Positions 35,519 through 44,675 of a stretch of 58,395 bases of DNA are shown in pieces. The stretch covers positions 1-58,395 of IMG/VR virus record IMGVR_UViG_3300022896_000001; one strand, written 5' to 3'. A model generated the notes under the pieces. It worked only from the letters and a program-made list of their open reading frames with translations, did no database searches and had not been told where the DNA came from. The position numbers and the translations under genes were made by a program. Position 1 is the first letter of the stretch. Each line of letters begins with the position of its first letter. This stretch comes from a virus. Lineage: Duplodnaviria; Caudoviricetes.

Positions 35519-36252
35519 TGGCACCGAACAACCAACCCCAGGACACCGCGTCGAAGGTGATCGAGCTGGAGCGGCTGATCAAGCAGGTCCGGGACCGGGT
35601 CGGCAACGTGTCCGCGTTCGTCGGCCAGGGCGGGCTGACGATCGGCGACAACGGCGCGCTGCGGATGGTCGACGACGCGGGCGTCGAGATCCTCTATCTC
35701 GGTCCGGACGCCCAGGGCAACCAGGTGCTCCGGATCAAGCGCGACGGCGGCAGCTACGTGCTGTACACGGCGTTCACGTCGAACGGAAACCAGTACTGGA
35801 GGATGACCGACCGGTTCAACCGCGAGCTGTTCTCCGACGACGCGACCACCGGCGGGATGGCCCGCCCGTACCTGCCGGTGCAGCTGTTCGCGAAGTTCTC
35901 CATGGCCGCGTCGTCGCTCTACTCGTACATGAACGTGGCCGTGTCGTCGCTCGCGGCCGAGACCACGCTGTGGGAGGGCCGGATCGGGCTGGTCTCGCAC
36001 CCGTACTTCAGCCTCAGCGGAATCTGGGGCACGGCCAGCGGCACGAACTCCACGATCTTCCGGGCCCGCGTGAACGGCACCGAGGCCGGAACGTGGACGT
36101 CCACGACGCTGGAAAACAACATGAAGGGCCCGTTCTACGCGGGCACCTGGCTGGGGCTGCAAGAGGTGCCGGTCACCATCACGGCGATCGCGACCGGCAG
36201 CGGCGCGGTGGCGTGCCAGCCGTTCAACTGGACCCAGCGCCAGTCGCCCTAG
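35518..36252 (+). CDS. Minor tail protein
   Basis: N-terminal coiled coil then beta-rich body; TGATG coupling. Confidence 0.7.
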   Translation: MAPNNQPQDTASKVIELERLIKQVRDRVGNVSAFVGQGGLTIGDNGALRMVDDAGVEILYLGPDAQGNQVLRIKRDGGSYVLYTAFTSNGNQYWRMTDRFNRELFSDDATTGGMARPYLPVQLFAKFSMAASSLYSYMNVAVSSLAAETTLWEGRIGLVSHPYFSLSGIWGTASGTNSTIFRARVNGTEAGTWTSTTLENNMKGPFYAGTWLGLQEVPVTITAIATGSGAVACQPFNWTQRQSP

Positions 36253-36254
36253 CC

Positions 36255-36659
36255 CTAGCCCTCGATCGGGTCCGGTGCGGGCAGCGGCTCGGGCGGCAAC
36301 GGCGCGGGCGCGGTCTCCGTGCTCGCCGGGTCGAACGGGCTCACCGGGTAGTCGACGCCCGGCACGGTGATCGACGGCTGTGGCGGCACGACCGGCGCTT
36401 CCGGCTCGGTGGTCTCCGGCGCTGGCGGGGTGGGCACGTTCTCCGTGGTCGTCACCGGAGCCACGGTAGTCGGCGTCAACGTGACCGTGGTGGCGGCGAC
36501 CGACGTGTCGACGTCGGCCTCCATACGGTCGGCCTGGTCGACGACCACGCCCTGGATCTGGCCGCCGTCAGGCTGGCTCGCGGCGACAGCGACACCGGTC
36601 GCAACGGCACCCGCGGCGACCAGGCCTACGGCGGTGAGGGCGATCCGGCGACCGTGCAC
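36255..36659 (-). CDS. Secreted/surface Pro-Thr-rich moron protein
   Basis: GAAGGAG RBS, signal-like N-terminus, antisense orientation. Confidence 0.7.
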   Translation of the reverse strand: MHGRRIALTAVGLVAAGAVATGVAVAASQPDGGQIQGVVVDQADRMEADVDTSVAATTVTLTPTTVAPVTTTENVPTPPAPETTEPEAPVVPPQPSITVPGVDYPVSPFDPASTETAPAPLPPEPLPAPDPIEG

Positions 36660-36779
36660 AGCAACTCCTTCAGGTGCGCGCCCGTGCGGCGCTGTGGCTG
36701 ATGTATCGCCACAGGCGCGCGAGCGCTACAGCGCATCCGCAGGCACCACCCCATGGCACGACAACTTGAGGAGGGGTGA

Positions 36780-37016
36780 GTGGGTGACTGGGTTGCGCTT
36801 CTGCCAGCCATTGCGCTCGTTATCGGCTCCGCCGGATCGGCCACGGCCGCGGTCATCACCGCGCTGCGGTCCGCGCCGAGGGAGCGCAAGCAGGCCGCAA
36901 AGCGAGCCGTGGAGCGATTCGCTGAAGCGGCCTCCGATGGCGAGATCACTGAAGACGAGCTGGCCGAGATCGCCAAAGCGTTCAACGAGGAAGACAAAGC
37001 AGGGGGCGAGTCGTGA
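36780..37016 (+). CDS. Small membrane protein (lysis region)
   Basis: GAGGAGG RBS; one TM helix. Confidence 0.65.
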   Translation: MGDWVALLPAIALVIGSAGSATAAVITALRSAPRERKQAAKRAVERFAEAASDGEITEDELAEIAKAFNEEDKAGGES

Positions 37017-37699
37017 CCTCTGACCACGTCAACCGAACGGTCGTCGAGCCAGCGGCGGACGACGCTGCGGTGCCGGGGACGCGACGCACCATCATCACGC
37101 TCGCCGTGGTGGCCGTCGTGCTCGCCGCTGGCGCGGTGGCATTGGTGCTGATGTACCGCAGCGACTCCCGCAACCTGGAGGCCGCGCTCCGCGGTGACAT
37201 CACGTCGCTGTCGGGTCAGGTCCGCCAGCTCGGTGGGACACCTGTGGTCACCGCGCCTGGTGCCCCCGGTGCCCCCGGCGCTCCCGGCACGGACGGTGCC
37301 GATGGGCGTGCTGGCGTGGACGGGCGCGACGGCACGAACGGCGTGGACGGCCTCACCCCGCAGTGCCTCGGCGAGCCCCGCCAGTGCCGCGGGGCCGACG
37401 GCCAAGACGGGGCTGACGCTACCGGCGAACCGGGACCACCGGGCCAAGACGCGACAGGAGCGCCAGGACCACCGGGGCTTGATGCCACCGGCGTTCCCGG
37501 GCCGCCCGGCGACAAGGGCGAACCCGGCAGCCCAGGGCAGAACGGCGTGCCTCCAGCCGGGTGGACGTGGATCGACGGCGACGGCCGCCAGCAGTCCTGC
37601 GCGCGTGACTCCGGCAGCCCGGACACCGCGCCGACCTACACGTGCACCGCGCCATCACCGGAGCCGACTGGGCTCCCGATCTTGAGGAGCAGCCCATGA
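37013..37699 (+). CDS. Membrane-anchored collagen-like protein
   Basis: TM helix followed by Gly-X-Y repeats. Confidence 0.8.
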   Translation: MTSDHVNRTVVEPAADDAAVPGTRRTIITLAVVAVVLAAGAVALVLMYRSDSRNLEAALRGDITSLSGQVRQLGGTPVVTAPGAPGAPGAPGTDGADGRAGVDGRDGTNGVDGLTPQCLGEPRQCRGADGQDGADATGEPGPPGQDATGAPGPPGLDATGVPGPPGDKGEPGSPGQNGVPPAGWTWIDGDGRQQSCARDSGSPDTAPTYTCTAPSPEPTGLPILRSSP

Positions 37700-38742
37700 C
37701 CGCACCCGAGTACCTGATCGACATATCCAGCTACAACGCGGTGAATGACTGGAACGCCGTGCGCGCCAACGGGATCGTCGGCGCGAGCATCAAGGTCAGC
37801 CAGCAGGTCAACTATCTGAACCCGCTGTGCGGCGCTCAGGTGGCCGGCGCGCGGGCCGCGGGCGTCGCGCCGGGCGGCTACCACTTCGGCGACCCGCGCG
37901 TCTCGGCCGCGGCACAGGCGTCGTACTTCGTGAAGAACGCCCGCCCGCACGGCCTGTTCAACGACGACGCGCTGGCGCCGATGTACGACGCCGAGAACTG
38001 GGAGGGCGGCGGCCTCATCTGGCCGAACCCGAAGACCCTGAACGCGCACATCGCCGAGCACATCCGCGTGGTGCGCGAGGAGACCGGCGTCCGGAAGCAC
38101 CTGGTCTACGGCTCGCTGTCCTGGTGGGGCTCATGGATCGACCCGGACCTGTGGGCCGACGAGGACGTGCTGCTGTGGATCGCGGTCTACAACGGCCGGC
38201 CGGGTGACCTTCAGGGCTGGTCGCACCCGCTGGACGCGGTGCACCAGTACACGTCGGCCGGGTCCGTACCGGGCATCCCCGGCTCCGTCGACAAGAACAC
38301 CACGCTCCGAGACCGCCGGATCGGCGACCTCACGATCAAGGGCAAGGAGAACGACATGCAGCTGACCGACCGCATGAAGAACGCCTGGGGCGGCACGCCG
38401 ACCTTGGAGGAGGTGTTCCGGTACATCGACCTGCGAGGCTCGCAGAACTGGGAGTCCAACCAGCGCCAGGAGGTCGCGCTCGCGGCGCTCCAGACCGGCC
38501 TGGCGGCCGTCGCGCAGGACGCGAACATCACGCCCGACCGCTTGCAGGCGATCATGGACGTCTCGATCACCGAGGGTCTGGCCCGCATCAAGGACGAGAT
38601 GACGGAGCAGAACCGCGTGGTGGTCGGCGAAGTTATCCGCGCCGAACTGGGCGAGGACAACGAGGAGCAGGCGCAGCGCATCCTCGCCGCGATCGCCCGT
38701 CAGCTCTCCGGCGTCGCGACCCCGCCGAGCGTGGGCCAGTGA
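37696..38742 (+). CDS. Endolysin, GH25 muramidase with helical C-terminal domain
   Basis: IDISSYN, GGYHF, YDAE, LWIAVY, HQYTSAGSVPGI..VDKN. Confidence 0.92.
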   Translation: MTAPEYLIDISSYNAVNDWNAVRANGIVGASIKVSQQVNYLNPLCGAQVAGARAAGVAPGGYHFGDPRVSAAAQASYFVKNARPHGLFNDDALAPMYDAENWEGGGLIWPNPKTLNAHIAEHIRVVREETGVRKHLVYGSLSWWGSWIDPDLWADEDVLLWIAVYNGRPGDLQGWSHPLDAVHQYTSAGSVPGIPGSVDKNTTLRDRRIGDLTIKGKENDMQLTDRMKNAWGGTPTLEEVFRYIDLRGSQNWESNQRQEVALAALQTGLAAVAQDANITPDRLQAIMDVSITEGLARIKDEMTEQNRVVVGEVIRAELGEDNEEQAQRILAAIARQLSGVATPPSVGQ

Positions 38743-39104
38743 GCGCCGTGAAGCTGTCCCGCGATCCGGCCGTCGTCGTCGAGGCGCTCGTCGCTTCGGG
38801 GCTCGGCGTGCTGCTGCTGTTCGGCCTGCCGGACAGCGTCGAGCCGTACTACTCCGCGGTGATCCTCGCGATCGGCGGCCTGCTCACCGCGGCGTGGGTG
38901 AAGAAGGAGAAGGTGCTGCCCGCGGTCGTGGGCTTCATCAAGGCGGTGTTCGCGCTCGTCGTCGGGCTCGGGGTCGCTGTCGACCCGAACGTCGAGGTCG
39001 GCGTCATCATGGTCATCTCGGCGCTGGCCACGTTCTTCGTGCGCACCCAGGCCACCGCCCCGGTCACGGTCGACGGCGTCGTGCTGTCGTCCCGCTCAGC
39101 CTGA
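38739..39104 (+). CDS. Holin
   Basis: About four TM helices right after the endolysin; RDPA start, RTQATAP end. Confidence 0.75.
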   Translation: MSAVKLSRDPAVVVEALVASGLGVLLLFGLPDSVEPYYSAVILAIGGLLTAAWVKKEKVLPAVVGFIKAVFALVVGLGVAVDPNVEVGVIMVISALATFFVRTQATAPVTVDGVVLSSRSA

Positions 39105-39143
39105 CCGGGCCCGCTCCACACCTCGAGCCCCCTCAGGCTCACC

Positions 39144-39187
39144 AAGACGCCCCCAGCTTCCGGTCACCCGGAGGCTGGGGGCGTTTT
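39144..39187 (+). terminator. Intrinsic terminator ending the late operon
   Basis: ACGCCCCCAGCTTCCGG...CCGGAGGCTGGGGGCGT followed by T-run. Confidence 0.75.
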
Positions 39188-39254
39188 GTCGTCGCGCCAG
39201 CAGGCCTGTCGAGCGGGCCGTGAGGGCGGCTGAACAGGGCGTTTTCAGTGGGTA

Positions 39255-39509
39255 TGCCTCACGCCTGCCTCACGCCCCGGCCTGCGAGCCCTCCCCTCTG
39301 AGGAGTTCTCGCAGGCCAGAGCAACTGCGGTGGGGCCGGAGAGACTCGAACTCTCACTGGCACGGACCTAGTTGCACCATATACCGCAGTCTTCCGCAAC
39401 TTGGCGCGCTCTCCACCCGTGGTCAACACGGCGGTCCGCTACGCCGTCCGCGATGAACCGCAGTCCGCCGCAACCGCTCTCAATGAGGTTGCCTCACCCG
39501 GTGCCTCAC
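39255..39509. other. attP region with arm-type sites
   Basis: Paired TGCCTCAC repeats at 39255/39266 and 39490/39502 flank the tRNA-like core. Confidence 0.75.
39329..39370 (-). other. attP core = 3' half of tRNA-Leu(TAG)
   Basis: Minus strand TAGGT-CCGTG-CCAGT-GAGAG-TTCGAGT-CTCTC-CGGCCCC-ACC: anticodon, T-arm and acceptor 3' strand; 5' half absent. Confidence 0.8.
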
Positions 39510-40629
39510 GCCCCATGTGCGAGGTGATCGCGTCCCGCACCGTCCCGTACCCCTCGTCGGACAGGTGCGCGTACCGCTTCGACACCTCCCACGAGGAGTG
39601 CCCCATCACTCGAGCCAGCTCGGCGAAGCTCACTCCCCTCTGGATGAGCCACGAGGCGTAGGTGTGGCGCAGATCGTGCACCCGCACACGGCCGCGCAGC
39701 TTCGCCAACTGGACCGCCGGGGTGAGGATGTAGCGGCCGAACTGTGACGACTTCAGCGGGCTGCCCTTGGGGCCGCGGAACACCAGCGCACCGCCGGGGC
39801 AACTGCCGGCCAGGTGCGGAACACCGCACTGGTCGACCTCGGGGAGCGCATCGACGTGTGCTTGCAGGCGGGCGGCGATGTCCGAGGGGAGAGGCACGTA
39901 GCGCTTCTCCTTGTCCTTCGGCACAGGCTTGATCACCCCGTCTTTCTGGTCGTACTGCTCCACCACCAGCAGGCCCCCGTTGCGGGTGTCGATGCGAGGG
40001 ATGTGCAAGCCCGCGAGTTCGCCCGCGCGCAGCCCGGTCGTCACTGCGGTCCAGGTGATCAGGGCGTTGAAGTCGGTCATGAAGTGGGCAGCGGCCTCGA
40101 CCTCGGCGGGGGTGAGGTAGCGCTCCAGTGCGTCGGGAAGGTCCGGCCACTCCAGGCCCTTGACCTCGTTGACGTGTAGGCGCTTGTCCTCGACGGCGGC
40201 GTTGATCGACGCGACGAACGTCTGCACCGCGAGCCGGATCGTCCACGGGCTGCGGGGGTTGCTCGCGCCTGCCCGGGGCTCCTTCTGCAGTCGCTTCACC
40301 CACGCTCGGCCGCGGCGGGCAGTGATGTCCTTCAGGGGAGTGTTCTCCCAGTAGGGGAGGATGTGCAGCCGCGCTGTCGAGCGGTACTCACGCTCGGTGG
40401 ACGTCGCGACCTGGTGGGACTCGATCCACAGGTCGAACCACGAGCCGTAGTCGAGCTTGGCTTGCTTCGGGTCGATAGCGCCCGGCGTGCGCTGCTCGTC
40501 CTCCATGGCGCCGGCCTTGCGCAGCGCCTCGGCCTTGGTGTCGAAGGTGCCTGGTACGTAGCTTTTTCCCCGGTCGCCGCGGTAGCAGCCGCGGAACCGG
40601 CCCGACGGTAACTCCTGAGCCCAAGCCAT
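39439..40629 (-). CDS. int: Tyrosine integrase
   Basis: TGLRAGELAGL, HDLRHTYAS, MGHSS...RYAH. Confidence 0.97.
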   Translation of the reverse strand: MAWAQELPSGRFRGCYRGDRGKSYVPGTFDTKAEALRKAGAMEDEQRTPGAIDPKQAKLDYGSWFDLWIESHQVATSTEREYRSTARLHILPYWENTPLKDITARRGRAWVKRLQKEPRAGASNPRSPWTIRLAVQTFVASINAAVEDKRLHVNEVKGLEWPDLPDALERYLTPAEVEAAAHFMTDFNALITWTAVTTGLRAGELAGLHIPRIDTRNGGLLVVEQYDQKDGVIKPVPKDKEKRYVPLPSDIAARLQAHVDALPEVDQCGVPHLAGSCPGGALVFRGPKGSPLKSSQFGRYILTPAVQLAKLRGRVRVHDLRHTYASWLIQRGVSFAELARVMGHSSWEVSKRYAHLSDEGYGTVRDAITSHMGREAPGEATSLRAVAADCGSSRTA

Positions 40630-41021
40630 CACGCCACCCTTCTTCGTCTGGCCAGTTGCAAAGCGAGCCGAGCCACGGACGTGTCGATGCCCAGGTGGTT
40701 GGCCAGGTGTTCGGCGGAGGTGGTCGACGGGAAGGAATCGGGGGGCGCCAAGAGCAGGGCGGTCTCCCTCAGGACCCTGGCCTCCTCCCAGGCGACCTCG
40801 TCAACGAAGCCCGGCCCGCGGCGCAGGTGTACCAATTCGTGCATTAATGCGGATGAAAAAAGGGGGAGATCCGCGTGTCGCGCGATGGTGATCGTGTTGC
40901 TCGGGTAGTGGATATGGCCGTGCCGCGAGGGCGGCAAATCCGCCTTCCGGACGCACAGTTCGGGGACGGCGTCCAGTGCCTCGTGGAGGGCTGCGATCAC
41001 TACTGCGTGGGCTGGGCTCAT
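40629..41021 (-). CDS. ImmA/IrrE-family metallopeptidase (anti-repressor)
   Basis: ALMHELVHLRRG HExxH...EE; located between repressor and integrase. Confidence 0.8.
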   Translation of the reverse strand: MSPAHAVVIAALHEALDAVPELCVRKADLPPSRHGHIHYPSNTITIARHADLPLFSSALMHELVHLRRGPGFVDEVAWEEARVLRETALLLAPPDSFPSTTSAEHLANHLGIDTSVARLALQLARRRRVA

Positions 41022-41118
41022 AGAGTTACCTTGCGCCTATCCGGTATGGAATTTGACGCATTCAGGCGCCTGAATCGGTTCCGCTTGACCCGGTCGGACC
41101 AATGGTGTCAATCGTCCG

Positions 41119-41541
41119 TCACGGACCGTCTGCACCATTTGGGGGATCTTCATCCCAGGACGCTTCGCTTACGCGGGCCCGACCGATAGGTGTCACCGTA
41201 GCTTGCGTTCGTGTCGGTGTCTGCGCGTTGATCAGTCTCAAAAATTCTCGACCCAGGGTCACGATGATGCGCCTTTGCTCTGGGCCCAGTGCAGCGAACT
41301 CGGGAGGGAGGACGAATGGCGGATCGGCTTCCTTAATGCCTGCCAGTCGGAAGAGCCGGTCGAGCGAGAGGCCGAGTTTCCCGGCGACCGTCTCCAGTGT
41401 GTCGGCTCCGGGTTCTGCGGTGCCGTCGAGCAGCCTCTTGGCTGTGGTGATCGGGACACCTGCGTGTCGTGCGAACGGCCGTGGGCCGCTGATCCCCCGC
41501 TCTCGGGCTACCTCGCTGAGGTAGTCACTCAGTGCACTCAC
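41119..41541 (-). CDS. Immunity repressor (XRE HTH)
   Basis: FARHAGVPITTAKRLLDG..EP..DTLETVAGKLG; divergent from cro. Confidence 0.85.
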   Translation of the reverse strand: MSALSDYLSEVARERGISGPRPFARHAGVPITTAKRLLDGTAEPGADTLETVAGKLGLSLDRLFRLAGIKEADPPFVLPPEFAALGPEQRRIIVTLGREFLRLINAQTPTRTQATVTPIGRARVSEASWDEDPPNGADGP

Positions 41542-41696
41542 AGGGTCACATCCTCACGCTGATGGGGTGTGGCTGTCTACGCCGCCGCAACGCCTACCGA
41601 GACGCTGTTTCGTTCAGATTATGGACCAGCGGTCCACCGCGCGTGAGGCAAGCGCAGGTCAGGCATGCACTAACCAGGTCCGCTGGCGGGTCATGT

Positions 41697-41746
41697 CGTA
41701 CCGCGTTTCGCTAAGGCTTGCGAAACGCGGTACGGGCGCTTACTCT
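41697..41746 (+). promoter_or_regulatory. Early rightward promoter overlapped by a perfect inverted-repeat operator
   Basis: TTGCGA-N17-TACTCT (41718-41746); CGTACCGCGTTTCGC-N8-GCGAAACGCGGTACG (41697-41734). Confidence 0.8.
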
Positions 41747-41783
41747 TCACGGCGTAGCCCGAGTCGTTCAGGAAGGGGGCAGC

Positions 41784-42041
41784 GTGAAGCTCAAGGTGTC
41801 CGCAAACCTGGTGTTCTGCATGGAGGACCGCGGCATCGGCGTCCGCGAGCTCGCGGGCCGCGTCCCGTGCTCGCCCGGCACTATCAGCAAGCTGTGCAAC
41901 GGCCTTCAGATGTCCACGACCGAGCGCATCGCGAAAGCGATCGAGCGGGAGTTGCGCGTGAAGGACGAGGCGCTTTTTGTCATGGCCTCAACGTTCCGCG
42001 TTCCGGGCGAGGAAGCGGCACGCGGAACGGATGCGGCATGA
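41784..42041 (+). CDS. Cro-like HTH protein
   Basis: GVRELAGRVPCSPGTISKLCNG...AKAIEREL. Confidence 0.85.
   Translation: MKLKVSANLVFCMEDRGIGVRELAGRVPCSPGTISKLCNGLQMSTTERIAKAIERELRVKDEALFVMASTFRVPGEEAARGTDAA
41992..42029. promoter_or_regulatory. Operator copy 2
   Basis: CGTTCCGCGTTCC-N12-GGCACGCGGAACG. Confidence 0.65.
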
Positions 42042-42262
42042 ACTGGCTCACGGTCAAAGACACCGCCAAGTACTCCGGTTGGTCGGTACGCACGATCGAG
42101 AGCGCGGTAGCCGACGGGTCACTCCATTCCCATCAGCGAGTTCAGCGCGGCAAGCGACGACTGGCCGAATCGGCTGTGGACGCCTGGATACGCGGCGAAA
42201 ACGAGCAGGCACAGGAGCGCGCGTGCGGATGCGCTGGCTTGAGGGCGGTCCGCTCGGCCTGA
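42038..42262 (+). CDS. xis: Excisionase-like HTH protein
   Basis: WLTVKDTAKYSGWSVRTI...GSL...AVDAWIRG. Confidence 0.75.
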   Translation: MNWLTVKDTAKYSGWSVRTIESAVADGSLHSHQRVQRGKRRLAESAVDAWIRGENEQAQERACGCAGLRAVRSA

Positions 42263-42346
42263 AAACGAAGAAGTCGCCTGCGTGCCGTGGCCGCGGCACT
42301 GCAGACGACTCCATCTCACAGCTTTAACCGCAAAGGAAGCTACTCA

Positions 42347-43255
42347 ATGTCACAGCATGGTCTCACAGAGTCGGACCCGTTGGCCAACCAGAACCCACCG
42401 GCCCCCGATGACGCCCCAGATCTCGGCACGGATCTGGGTAGAAAGCTGAACGCGCTGGCCATCAAGGCCGCCGTGGCACGGCGGAGCAAGGCTCGCGCTA
42501 TCGAGGCGGAGCGGGTGGCGACGGCTGCGGTCGTGGCGGCGTACGGCGCGGAAGGACGAAAGCAGGCCGCTGACCCATCCGGGTCGGGTCGGGTCATCTC
42601 GCAGGTCACCGTGGACAAGGCGGGCTACAAGGCCACGGTCACCGACCCGAAGGAGGTCGAGCAGTGGGTGCGAAAGAAGTACCCCGAGAAGTTGCAGAAG
42701 AAGACGCGCATCGTTCCCGGCCAAGAAGAGGCCGTCATCCTCGCGCTCCGCCAGTACGCGGGGTTCCTGCTCGAGGAGTACGAGGACATCCCTGACTACG
42801 TCATCAGCGGGCTGCTGTCGAAGTGCGAGCAGGCACACAAGCCGATGGGGTGGGGCGGCGAGATCGACGACGACGCCCCGCCCGGCATCAAGGTGGAACC
42901 GCGCTCGCTCGGGGTGACCATCACCTACCGGGACGCGGACCTGATCGACGACCTGATTAAGCGGGGCGTTATCGACCACGAGGGCAACGTCCTCGCCCGC
43001 GACAGTCGACCCCGTCAGTGGGGTCCGGGTGACGAGCCGCCCGCTGGCGTCGACGTCGTCCACAACCCAAACGCGACCGGCAAGTCGGACCTGTCGTTAG
43101 CACTGCGCGGTCCGAACGGCCTGTGGGCTTGGTGCTGGAGCACCGACGAAGTGGATCCGCCGTACTCCCAGACGTGGGACCAGTTGTTCTACGACACCAC
43201 TGACGGGCCGCTGGTCGAGGGCAAGCCTGCCTTTCTCACTGCCGGTGGTGCGTGA
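42347..43255 (+). CDS. Hypothetical protein
   Basis: AAAGGAAG RBS + ATG. Confidence 0.7.
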   Translation: MSQHGLTESDPLANQNPPAPDDAPDLGTDLGRKLNALAIKAAVARRSKARAIEAERVATAAVVAAYGAEGRKQAADPSGSGRVISQVTVDKAGYKATVTDPKEVEQWVRKKYPEKLQKKTRIVPGQEEAVILALRQYAGFLLEEYEDIPDYVISGLLSKCEQAHKPMGWGGEIDDDAPPGIKVEPRSLGVTITYRDADLIDDLIKRGVIDHEGNVLARDSRPRQWGPGDEPPAGVDVVHNPNATGKSDLSLALRGPNGLWAWCWSTDEVDPPYSQTWDQLFYDTTDGPLVEGKPAFLTAGGA

Positions 43256-44418
43256 TGGCCGAGCTGAGAACCCGCCGCCCCACGGGCGAGCCGACGTGGA
43301 CGCGTGTGCTGCTTTCCGGGCTGGACGGCACCGACGCGCCGTGGATGGGCGCGGAGCTGTCCGCTGACGAGCGGCTCGCCGCCACGTACTGGCTCCAGGT
43401 CGGCGGCGATGGGGCGGACCTCTACGCGGCCGCGCCCGGGGCCTCCTACGAGATCCTCGTGCACGACGGCACGTGGGTGGGGATCTGCGAGCAGCTTGCC
43501 GCCGCGCTGGCCGTCGCGACGGAGGCCGGGGTGGCAAGCGCCTTGGTCGTCAACGGGATGAGCGCGCTGTGGGCGATGCTCCAGGACGTCATCGACCGTC
43601 GCGCCCGGCGCCGGGAAGGCAACGCGCTGATATCGCGAGGCCTGGACCCGAGCGCGGCGTACTCCTCGGAGATCGAGGTGCCGCTGCTGGGCGACCAGTG
43701 GTCGTTGGTGAACCGCCGACACGACTCGTTCATGGAGATGGTCGACGCCTGGCCCGGCCCGGTGGTGCTCATCGCGCGGGACAAGGTGACTGCGGACGGC
43801 CGCCGGTACACCAAGGCGCACGAGTCGATCAGCGAGCACTGCACGGCATGGGTCCGGCTCACCCCTGAGCAGGACCCGGAGATCGTCAAGCTGAACACCG
43901 CGCTTTACCGGTACGCCGACAAGGACACGCGCGCCCGGCTGCGCGGCGAGTTCAGCCTGCCGCGGCTGATCTGGGAGTGGTCGGGGTGCACGGTGGACAC
44001 CCGCGCTCCGGACGTGGTGGCGTTGGACGGGGACCAGGTGCTGCCCGGCGAGCAGGCTCCGCCGCGGGTAGCGCTGCCCAGTGAGCCGAAGCGCACCCGG
44101 CGGACCGCCGCCACGCCGCCGCCCGGCGATGCCTCGGCACCAGCGGCCGACGCGACCCAAGGCGCGCGGGCGGTGGCTGATCTCGTGCAGGAGTTGCTGG
44201 AGCTGGACGACCGCGGACGCACTACCGAGGTGTGGAACCGGACGACCCTGTTCGACGCGGTGCGGGAGTCCGCCGACGTGTCCGGGCTGCTGCGCGATGT
44301 CGAGCTGGAGCGGCTCGGTGCGCCGAAGCCGTACCCGTTGCGGCAGTTCGGGACCGATGCCTGCCAGTTGGTGATGAAGACCGGCCAGGCCCTGCGTCCC
44401 GCGCTGGTGGAGTCATGA
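43255..44418 (+). CDS. AAA/RecA-like ATPase homolog with degenerate Walker motifs
   Basis: LRTRRPTG...HDGTW...LWAMLQD...WPGPVVLIAR family pattern; GLDGTDAP at Walker A. Confidence 0.65.
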   Translation: MAELRTRRPTGEPTWTRVLLSGLDGTDAPWMGAELSADERLAATYWLQVGGDGADLYAAAPGASYEILVHDGTWVGICEQLAAALAVATEAGVASALVVNGMSALWAMLQDVIDRRARRREGNALISRGLDPSAAYSSEIEVPLLGDQWSLVNRRHDSFMEMVDAWPGPVVLIARDKVTADGRRYTKAHESISEHCTAWVRLTPEQDPEIVKLNTALYRYADKDTRARLRGEFSLPRLIWEWSGCTVDTRAPDVVALDGDQVLPGEQAPPRVALPSEPKRTRRTAATPPPGDASAPAADATQGARAVADLVQELLELDDRGRTTEVWNRTTLFDAVRESADVSGLLRDVELERLGAPKPYPLRQFGTDACQLVMKTGQALRPALVES

Positions 44419-44675
44419 GCGGGCGGCACGTCGCGTGCTGCGACGACCACAAGGCCATCGGGTGCTGCGGGGCCGACTGTTCCCCGTGCTGCCTGTCGTG
44501 CCCGTCCTGCCCTGTCGTGGCCGGGCTGACTGCGACGGACCGGGAAGCGCTCGGCGAACTGTGCGGGCTGTACGCGGGAGCCCAGCCCGGTGTGCGGGTT
44601 CGGGTAGCGCGGTCGCCGTGGACGGTGAGCGAGGCCGGTCCTGGGTGGGCTCGACTCGCCGGGGTGTTGCTGTGA
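44415..44675 (+). CDS. Cys-rich hypothetical protein
   Basis: ATGA overlap; CC..DCSPCC.SCPSCP. Confidence 0.55.
   Translation: MSGRHVACCDDHKAIGCCGADCSPCCLSCPSCPVVAGLTATDREALGELCGLYAGAQPGVRVRVARSPWTVSEAGPGWARLAGVLL

Noticed and set aside
37250-37560. Collagen-like repeats as a novel repeat system
   Set aside because: Ordinary Gly-X-Y coding repeats, common beside actinophage lysis genes
39329-39370. Complete tRNA gene
   Set aside because: The D-arm and 5' acceptor strand are missing; it is an attP core
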